Source: Acidobacteriota bacterium
Lineage (GTDB): Bacteria > Acidobacteriota > CAIWXX01
Direction: 5' to 3'
NCBI GenBank assembly: GCA_040755995.1
Contig: JBFMAF010000034.1
Location: 32,001 to 96,000 of the forward strand
Length of the DNA stretch: 64,000 nt
In this document: positions 57,150 through 64,000 of the stretch, piece by piece
How positions within the stretch are numbered: position 1 is the first letter of the stretch
Layout: each line of letters begins with the position of its first letter
Notes under the pieces: model-generated
What the model saw: only the letters and a program-made list of their open reading frames with translations
Told to the model about the DNA's origin: nothing
Databases searched by the model: none
Program-made: the position numbers and the translations under genes

Positions 57150-57755
57150 ATGGGAATGAGCAGGTCATCGGTGGGGATCGCTGACGCATTGTTCACCAAG
57201 GTGCAGCAGCGTGTGCTTGGGGTTCTCTTGGGAAATCCTGGCCGGACTTTCTACGCCAACGAGATCATCGCGCTCGCCGGGTGCGGCACCGGCGCGGTCC
57301 AGCGGGAGCTGGCCCGCCTTGCAGCGGCGAAGCTGGTGACGGTCACCCGCGTTGGCAATCAGAAGCACTACCAGGCAAACGCTGCCGCGCCTGTCTTCGA
57401 GGAGTTGCGCGGCCTGGTGCTGAAGACCTCCGGGCTAGCTGATGTGCTTGGTGCTGCGTTGGCACCGCTGGCGACGCAGATCAGTGCTGCTTTCGTCTAC
57501 GGCTCGGTGGCCAAGGGGCAGGACACGGCAGTGAGCGACATCGATCTGATGGTGCTGAGCGACACTTTGGCCTACGCCGATCTCTTTGTCGCCCTCGAAG
57601 GGGCCGCGAAACGGCTCTGTCGCCAGGTGAATCCGACGGTGTACTCTCGGCAAGAACTCGGCAATCGGATTCAACAGGGCAATTCCTTTGTCACACGGGT
57701 CCTGGCGCAACCCAGGCTCTGGTTGATCGGTGGGGAACGTGATCTCGGCGCTTGA
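57150..57755 (+). CDS. HTH-nucleotidyltransferase (MNT) antitoxin
   Basis: N-terminal wHTH (AVQRELARL); YGSVAKG...SDIDL nucleotidyltransferase motif. Confidence 0.85.
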   Translation: MGMSRSSVGIADALFTKVQQRVLGVLLGNPGRTFYANEIIALAGCGTGAVQRELARLAAAKLVTVTRVGNQKHYQANAAAPVFEELRGLVLKTSGLADVLGAALAPLATQISAAFVYGSVAKGQDTAVSDIDLMVLSDTLAYADLFVALEGAAKRLCRQVNPTVYSRQELGNRIQQGNSFVTRVLAQPRLWLIGGERDLGA

Positions 57756-58167
57756 GAACCTGTGCGGCCCAGGGAAACCGCTCAAGAAGGAACCGCCTGA
57801 TACCCAGGAATATCAGGGCCTGAGGCGGTCCGGATTGGTACGGCTTGCCGACGCCGGCAACACCGCCAACTCGCTCGAGAGCCGCTTCGACCTGGGCTAC
57901 AACGCGGCGCATTCCCTATGCTTGGCGGCGTTGCGCCGTCACGGCTATCGGGCGGTCAACCGATACGTCGTCTTTCAGGTGTTGCCGCACACTCTGGGCC
58001 TGGGGCCGGAGGTATGGCGCGTCCTGGCCAAGTGCCATGACCTCCGGAATCTCGGCGAGTACGAGGGCGACCTCGGGGTCGATGGGCGAATCGTAACCGG
58101 CCTGATCGCCGCCTGTCAGGCAGTGGCCGCCAGGCTGGACGCGCTGGGACCGCCGAGCCAACCGTGA
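57739..58167 (+). CDS. HEPN-like toxin partner
   Basis: Helical protein with YNAAH and RNLGEY (RxxxxY) motifs, overlapping the MNT gene. Confidence 0.7.
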   Translation: MISALENLCGPGKPLKKEPPDTQEYQGLRRSGLVRLADAGNTANSLESRFDLGYNAAHSLCLAALRRHGYRAVNRYVVFQVLPHTLGLGPEVWRVLAKCHDLRNLGEYEGDLGVDGRIVTGLIAACQAVAARLDALGPPSQP

Positions 58168-58425
58168 CCGCCGTTGGCCAGATCGAAATGCTGACGCAGC
58201 AGCGGGTGGTGGCGCTGTCAAGCGACTCGGCGGGCTAGGCAGATTCCTTGGGACTGTCTTGCCGCAACGGCGTCGCCGGGCCTGTCTTTGGGCCGTAGCA
58301 CTGCCGCCGCCCTTTATGCCGAGCTTCGCGAATAGATCTACGTGCGGTATCTCTGAGTACTGCGGCAGCAGGCCGCGCCCGCGGGCCTGATCGAGCATGG
58401 CGAGTATCTCGCCGAACTGCAGTTT

Positions 58426-59213
58426 CGATCCGGCCATTCTCGGAGCCCTACTACCCCGAGATGTTCGCGAGCATCTACCGGAGGCCTGCTGACGCGAGGA
58501 AACTCTTCCAGGAGCGCGGGTGGAGCACCGTGGCGCCCCTGCAGCTGCGCAACCCGATGCACGGCTCGCACGCATACCTGGCGTGGATCGCCATCGAAGT
58601 CTGCGACGGCGTCTACATTCAACAGCTCGTGGGCAAGCTGAAGCCGGGAGACATCCTGGCCGAAGTGCGCGTGAAGGCGATCGATGCGCTCGTGAACAAG
58701 TACCTCCGCAAGGAGCGCGTGATCCAGCGCGGGTACCCGATGGAGATGAGGTATGCCGGACCGCGTGAGGCGCTGGTGCACGCGGTGTTTCGCCAGAACT
58801 ACGGTTGCAGCCACCTGATCGTCGGCCGCGACCACGCGGGTGTCGGCGACTACTACGGCCCGTTCGATGCGCAGAAGATCTTCCTGGAGATCCCGCACGG
58901 CGCGCTCGAGCACAAGCCGCTGCCCCTCAATTGGACCTTCTACTGCTGCGAGTGCAAGGGTATGGCGTCGATGAAGACCTGCCCGCGCCAGAGCAAGGCC
59001 GTTATCGATGAGAACGGCAACTACAAGGGCGGCGCCAAGCTGCTGCTTTCCGGCACGTTGCTCCGGAAGCTCGTGAGCGAAGGGAAGCCGGTGCCCGAGG
59101 AGTTCAGCAAGCCCGAGGTCATCGCGATCCTGAACGACTACTACAACAGCATCGAGAAGAAGGTGGAGATCAAGCTGCACGGATTCGCCACCGGCGACGC
59201 CGGCAAGAAGTAA
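58426..59213 (+). pseudogene. sat: sat 3' fragment, copy 4
   Basis: Homologous from PIRPF onward, 5' part missing; many substitutions at conserved positions (e.g. IHQL to IQQL, QGG to QRG, CPH to CPR). Confidence 0.9.
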
Positions 59214-59244
59214 CACCCCCTCATGCCCTAGCTACACATTCGCC

Positions 59245-59274
59245 AACCGGGGCCCCGGACCCCGGTTCTTTCTT
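59245..59274 (+). terminator. Degenerate copy of the sat terminator
   Basis: AACCGGGG..CCCCGGTT plus interrupted T-tract. Confidence 0.7.
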
Positions 59275-59396
59275 GGCCCTGCCGGATGGTCGACGCTTCG
59301 ATGGCGTGCACCTCTTCAGCGCGCGCCGGAACAAGATACTCCTAGCACGCAGGTCACTCACCCTGCCGCATAGCTGCATGGACGCGCTCGGCCCAC

Positions 59397-59744
59397 TCAC
59401 TGAGGTTCGCATTTCGATTGGATGACGTGGCCGATCGCCTTCACGATTCTCCGAAAGGCTGGACTATCCAAGGTCCCCCTTGGACCGGAGGAGAAATCGA
59501 TCTGCTCTTTGTCGATGGAGAAAATGTTCTCGCACTGCGCCACGCAGTCCACTGTGAAACCAAACTCCCCCGGTTGGAATGGAACACAGCTCGGCAGTTT
59601 GCTCCTCGCGGGAAATCGGGAGGAGGTGCACGGTACCACGAATACGTAGCGGCCGCGGTTCAACTCCTCGCGGGATACGATGATCACTGGATGTGGACCC
59701 GCCGGGCCGAAGTCCGCGGTGTAGATCTGGCCGGGCCGGATCAC
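59397..59744 (-). CDS. PemK/MazF family toxin
   Basis: GQIYTADF..HPVIIVS...N, VVPCTS, CENIFSIDK. Confidence 0.85.
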   Translation of the reverse strand: MIRPGQIYTADFGPAGPHPVIIVSREELNRGRYVFVVPCTSSRFPARSKLPSCVPFQPGEFGFTVDCVAQCENIFSIDKEQIDFSSGPRGTLDSPAFRRIVKAIGHVIQSKCEPQ

Positions 59745-59959
59745 GGAATCTCATCCAGGCGACCCGCGGCGTTGCGCAAAGCAGTGGAATGGATGATCTG
59801 TTCGCGTCGTTCGTCCTCGAACAACGCCCGCATCGCCTCATACTCGTCCTCCGGAACAAGGACATAAGCAGTGTCAGTGCGGGGATCGACCACACGTTGG
59901 GGGTGCTTGTCCTCCCTGTCTAGTGCCTGCTGCTGGTCGGAAGTCAGTGTGATACTCAT
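59741..59959 (-). CDS. Putative antitoxin
   Basis: 72 aa, AYVLVPEDEYE, acidic tail, GTGA overlap with the toxin gene. Confidence 0.7.
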   Translation of the reverse strand: MSITLTSDQQQALDREDKHPQRVVDPRTDTAYVLVPEDEYEAMRALFEDERREQIIHSTALRNAAGRLDEIP

Positions 59960-60022
59960 CGCGTATCAAACCTTCGTGCACATTCTACCATCGCGCGATG
60001 GGGTCGGCCATAAAATAGAATC

Positions 60023-60655
60023 TCATCGTTTCTGGAATTCCCTCTCGCACTTCTTCCCTTCGAATTTCCAGGTCTTCGCTATCTCGTCACGAATACTGCA
60101 ACTCGTCTCGTATGTCTCTGGTGAGGCACACAGCGTTATTTCACATATGGAGCCGCCATTGTCTATTGCAATGATGCTGTCTTCCCAGAACAACGTACCC
60201 GTGTCATTACACCTGTACAGGACCACCAGGTGCTTAGCTTTGAGGTCTCCAAGTACGGTGTCCGCAACATCCTTCTTGAGCACTGATGCATTCTCTTCTT
60301 CCAACCACCGAAGGCGCAGAGCCACGACCTGGTTAAGGGAACCGGGGATGTCTTGCGGGTCATCAAGTATTGCTCCGTAGTCGCCCTGAACCAACAGGTA
60401 GTCTGTACCCGCCTCGTTGGGTAATATGGCTCCAAAGCCATGATGAGACGAGGACCGCGAACTATCCCTGCCGAGAACCCCGTTCGGAATCGTGACAGAA
60501 GAGCAGTGATCCGGATGAAAATAGTATCCTGAAAAGATCACTTGGTTGTCACTCAGGAAGCCTGCAACGAAGCCCGACCGGTCACAATCTCCTGCAATAG
60601 ACGGCACTGCACATGCAAGGATCGAGACCGCGGTCAGGAAGGTTTTCCTCTTCAT
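60023..60655 (-). CDS. Secreted hypothetical protein (lower GC, cassette-like)
   Basis: GGAGG RBS, MKRKTFLTAVSILACAVPSIA signal peptide; just downstream of the attC-like site. Confidence 0.7.
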   Translation of the reverse strand: MKRKTFLTAVSILACAVPSIAGDCDRSGFVAGFLSDNQVIFSGYYFHPDHCSSVTIPNGVLGRDSSRSSSHHGFGAILPNEAGTDYLLVQGDYGAILDDPQDIPGSLNQVVALRLRWLEEENASVLKKDVADTVLGDLKAKHLVVLYRCNDTGTLFWEDSIIAIDNGGSICEITLCASPETYETSCSIRDEIAKTWKFEGKKCEREFQKR

Positions 60656-60727
60656 GGCACGTCCTCCCCATCGACGAGGTAGATCTAGGGCAGAACCAGC
60701 CGGGCGTAAAGGAGCGTCAGACGACAA

Positions 60728-60789
60728 GCCGGACGCTAGACATCGGTGGCGGCGCGCAACGGGGGCTCCGCTGCATGCGGATGTCCGGC
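60728..60789 (-). repeat. attC-like site with non-canonical R boxes
   Basis: Minus strand GCCGGAC-ATCCGCATGCAGCGGA...CCGATGTCTAGC-GTCCGGC; 62 bp. Confidence 0.5.
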
Positions 60790-60889
60790 GGCTTCTCCAG
60801 GATTCGCTCCGAGCTCCCATTCGTATACCCGCTCACCGTATCTACGTAGTTGCCACGTGCCTCAAGGCAATCCCTTGTGGGACCAGAAT

Positions 60890-60928
60890 GGCGGCGGCAT
60901 GGATCTCGAAGTGAATAACTCTGTTCAT
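60890..60928 (-). pseudogene. N-terminal stub of a VOC/glyoxalase family gene
   Basis: AGGAGG RBS then MNRVIHFEIHA, after which similarity stops. Confidence 0.5.
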
Positions 60929-60964
60929 TCATTCCCTCCTTGATTGTCCATCGGCGCTGTTCAC

Positions 60965-62300
60965 TCAGTCGCTCTCATCCAACGCCGCCCTGACCTTGGC
61001 GGCCAGGTCCTGCGCCGAGAACGGTTCTTGAATGAATCTGCAGCCCTTATCCAGCACGCCCCGGTGCGCGATGATATCCGCCGTGTAACCCGACATGTAC
61101 AAGCATTTCACCTCGGGGCAAAGGGTCTTCATCCGTTCTGCCAATTCCCGTCCGTTCATTACGGGCAGCACCACATCGGTGACCAGCAGGGCGAGCTGGC
61201 CGGCATGGGCCGCAGCCGATCGCAGGGCTTCGGAAGGGGTTTGGGCCGTCAGGACCCTATAGTTGAGCCCGGAGAGAATCCTGTCGGCCAGCTTCAAGAT
61301 CGAGACCTCGTCCTCGACCACCAGCAACGTCTCGCCGAAGCCCTTTGCAGCTCTCCTAGCGGCCTGCTCGCGTTCTTCGGGGATATCCCCGATGTGCCTG
61401 GGCAGGTAGATCCTGAAAGTCGTGCCTTGACCTGGTTCGCTCGCAACGCTAATGAAGCCTTCGTTCTGCTTGACGATGCCGTAGACGGTGGCCAGGCCCA
61501 GGCCGGTCCCCTTGTACTTCTCTTTGGTGGTGAAGAAGGGCTCGAACAGGTGTTCGAGTATCTCCTTGTCCATGCCGCATCCGTCGTCGCTGAACGCCAT
61601 CAGCACATACTGGCCGGGAACGAGCTCGGCGTGGTCGGCGCAGTCTGCTTCATCGACCACTACGATTCCCGTCTCGATGGTGACCTTGCCTACTCCGGTG
61701 ATGGCGTCTCTGGCGTTGACCGCCAGGTTGGCCAGGATCTGGTCGATCTGGGAGGGATCCATCCTCACCATGCACCTTTCATGCGCCGGCCTCCAATCCA
61801 GATCGACATCCTCGCCGATGAGCCTGCGGAGCATCTTGAGGATACCCGATACGCTGTCGTTCAGATCGAGCACTCTCGGGCTTATGGGCTGCCTCCGCGC
61901 GAAGGCGGCAATTGGCGCGTGAGGTCCGCGGAGCGCTTCGCGGCGGACAGCACCTCCGTCAAACCTGTGGAGATCGGGCTCTCTGGAGGCAGGTCTGCGA
62001 GAGCGAGCTCGGTATTCCCCAGGATCACTCCCAGCATGTTGTTGAAATCGTGGGCTACTCCGCCTGCAAGTCTTCCCACGGCCTCCATCTTCTGGGCCTG
62101 TCTGAGTTGCTCCTCCAGGTTCCTGCGCTCCTCCTCCGCCTGCTTGCGCTCGGTGATGTCCTGGGCAGCGGTGAGGGTGAATCTCTCCTTTCCGATTTCC
62201 ACGGTATCTACGTTCACGTTGAAGACACGCACATCGCCGGACTTCGTCCGCAAGCGCAGCTCATAATCCCGTATCACACCACGCTTCTGAAACTCGGCCA
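60965..62300 (-). pseudogene. Hybrid histidine kinase (PAS-HisKA-HATPase-REC), 5'-truncated and frameshifted
   Basis: QAQKMEAVGRLAGGVAHDFNN, NLAVNARDA, GTGLGL, REC domain; 1-nt deletion near 61908 in RQLLAFAR. Confidence 0.85.
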
Positions 62301-63014
62301 GGTCAGGTCGAGACGCATCACAAGCCGGTCCGTGGCCCTCTCGGGTGAAATCCCGATGGACCTCGCCTGCTCTTGGAGCTTGGTGACGAACTCGCCACCG
62401 CCCTGCAGGTGAGGGTGTGGATGCCTGTCAACGATGCGGAATCCGAGCTTCTCCCAGAAAGTGTGCCCGGCGCTGCCCGTGACCTCGTAGATGAGGGGGA
62501 GGTCCTCAAATGACTCGGCCTCGATACATTCCCAGCCGTTTGTCTTGGCCCAATCAATCAGCGTCCTGACCATGCACGTGCCGACGCCCTTTCGCTGGTA
62601 AGCATTCTCCTTCTGCTGCGGCGAGCCTGCCATCAGGCAGTGAACTGCGAGCGTCCTGTCATCTATCTGCGCGGGGGCCGGGTAGCTGCTGTTGGCGAAA
62701 TCCTCAGCGGGGCCGAAGGGATAGTCCTGTTGAAGGCAAAGACCGCCGGCACCATCCATGCTGCATACAACCTTCGGGTAGAAACGAAGATGCCCCACGA
62801 TTTCCTTGCCGTCGCGCGCCACCATGGCGCACACGCCGTAGGTCCTGGTCAGCTTCCTCAGAAGCGGCAAGTTCCGATCGCGGAAGCGCTCCCACGGTAG
62901 TTCGCTGTCGGGCGGCCACCGGTCGATGATGTCGCGGGAAAGCGGTCCACAGTGGAGACAGCGCCACAGGATGAACTCCTCCGTCATCGGTTCAACCATG
63001 ACGTCTTCAATCAT
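62274..63014 (-). CDS. GNAT-family acetyltransferase-like protein
   Basis: YQRKGVGT acetyl-CoA-binding motif, FWEKLGF. Confidence 0.7.
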   Translation of the reverse strand: MIEDVMVEPMTEEFILWRCLHCGPLSRDIIDRWPPDSELPWERFRDRNLPLLRKLTRTYGVCAMVARDGKEIVGHLRFYPKVVCSMDGAGGLCLQQDYPFGPAEDFANSSYPAPAQIDDRTLAVHCLMAGSPQQKENAYQRKGVGTCMVRTLIDWAKTNGWECIEAESFEDLPLIYEVTGSAGHTFWEKLGFRIVDRHPHPHLQGGGEFVTKLQEQARSIGISPERATDRLVMRLDLTWPSFRSVV

Positions 63015-63158
63015 GGCACGCTCAGTCCAGGCCACCGCTGATGCCCACGCGCGGGTATCGCCTCGACAGTGGGATCGCAACGTGGCTCAGCCGCACCGTG
63101 GTCATCCCCCAACCCTCCTTCTCCGTCGGCCGGTCGCCCAGCCGCTGCGCGCGGCGGC

Positions 63159-63470
63159 TCAGACCCGGGCTCTCCGCCTGGCGCTCCGTGCATGGCCGAC
63201 GCTGGCTTCCATGTAGGCCCTGAGCAGTGAGTTGATGCGCGTCTGATAACCCGGCCCTTGGGATCGGAACCACTCCAGGATGTCATCATCCAGGCGGACT
63301 GTGAGCAGCGACTTGCGCCGGATCGGTTTCAGGCCGCGCCTGACCAAAGCGCGGGCGAACATCTCCGGTGTGATTTCAGGACTGTCAGACAGGTCGATAT
63401 CCTCGTCTTTGGTTGCGTCCACACGTGCCCAATCAGTGCACGATTTGTTCGAAGTAGCTTTCTTCCTCAT
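63159..63470 (-). CDS. brnA: BrnA antitoxin
   Basis: TVRLDDDILEWFRSQGPGYQTRINSLLR. Confidence 0.9.
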   Translation of the reverse strand: MRKKATSNKSCTDWARVDATKDEDIDLSDSPEITPEMFARALVRRGLKPIRRKSLLTVRLDDDILEWFRSQGPGYQTRINSLLRAYMEASVGHARSARRRARV

Positions 63471-63708
63471 GTCTCATTGCCTTTCGGACCGAGATGATCC
63501 TGATCAGATCACCCTCCTCCGTGTGCGCGACCACGACGGGGCGCCCCTTGAGCAGGCCGACCGTCTGAAAGCGCCTCTCGTCATAGTCAAAGCGTGTGTC
63601 CTCGATTGTAGCCGTGATGCCCTCGAACACGTCCTCGATACCCACGAAATCAATCCCGTGCTTGCGGAGATTCGCCCGCCGCTTCTTCTCGTCCCATTCG
63701 AACCGCAC
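63433..63708 (-). CDS. brnT: BrnT toxin
   Basis: FEWDEKK..N..KHGIDF, ERR, IRIISVRKA..E. Confidence 0.92.
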   Translation of the reverse strand: MRFEWDEKKRRANLRKHGIDFVGIEDVFEGITATIEDTRFDYDERRFQTVGLLKGRPVVVAHTEEGDLIRIISVRKAMRHEEESYFEQIVH

Positions 63709-63714
63709 GCGATG

Positions 63715-63743
63715 ATTGTAACTACTGATCGTAATTACGTCAA
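63715..63743 (-). promoter_or_regulatory. brnTA sigma-70 promoter with operator, likely leaderless
   Basis: Minus strand TTGACG-17 nt-TACAAT, 6 nt before the GTG start; GTAATTAC/GTAGTTAC palindromes in the spacer. Confidence 0.7.
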
Positions 63744-64000
63744 CGTGGCGCTGTCGGCGCTGACTGTGGACATGAGGACACTCCCCCGGGTTTGGGGTTT
63801 GTGCAACTCATCGGTTCTGCAAGAGAGCGCATTTGCGCGGCGATGGGCGCTACGCTTGTGGCCGCGCCCAGGCCACCCACCATGATAGCCGAAAGAACGA
63901 GCGATGGATGTGAGCGGATTGCATGCTGGTCATGCACCGTGGGCCAGGGCCCGAAACTCGGCAGACCTCTGCATGAGCTCATCCCATGTACCGCTGATTT

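Noticed and set aside
63015..63085. GC-rich stretch upstream of the GNAT gene as an attC site
   Set aside because: No AAC/GTT boxes and weak pairing
63875..63940. Possible degenerate attC upstream of brnT
   Set aside because: Only faint resemblance (GCATGAC...GTGGG); too decayed to support
1..64000. tRNA, rRNA, CRISPR arrays and selenocysteine read-through in qmo/dsr genes
   Set aside because: None recognised by eye; the sulfur genes have uninterrupted ORFs

Overview
High-GC bacterial window. The host is plausibly an acidobacterium-like sulfate/sulfite reducer, inferred from gene content only. 1-18.4 kb holds housekeeping, regulatory and secreted-protein genes: a PLP aminotransferase, a PP2C phosphatase, a PEP-synthase-like protein with a response regulator and YeiH exporter, MocR, an ECF trio and MEMO1. 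18.4-37.7 kb is a dissimilatory sulfur cluster, with dsrL-dsrA-dsrB-dsrD-dsrN-dsrC-cysG on the minus strand, divergent from aprBA-(2 unknown genes)-qmoABC-sat. Three sigma-54-type promoters in the divergent region each have a shared TGTTACC-N4-GGTAACA-type palindrome upstream. 37.7-64 kb is an accessory region punctuated by three more copies of sat plus its terminator (one full, two partial). The cargo includes (i) a candidate undescribed defence operon: dcm remnant, thymidine-phosphorylase-like protein, kinase/P-loop ATPase/Rossmann fusion, and Vsr; (ii) a NurA-HerA-Dcm module; (iii) IS elements; (iv) an integron remnant with an attI-like site and attC sites but no intI in the window; (v) several toxin-antitoxin pairs and pseudogenes. 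All calls are from motif reading; no database searches were run.
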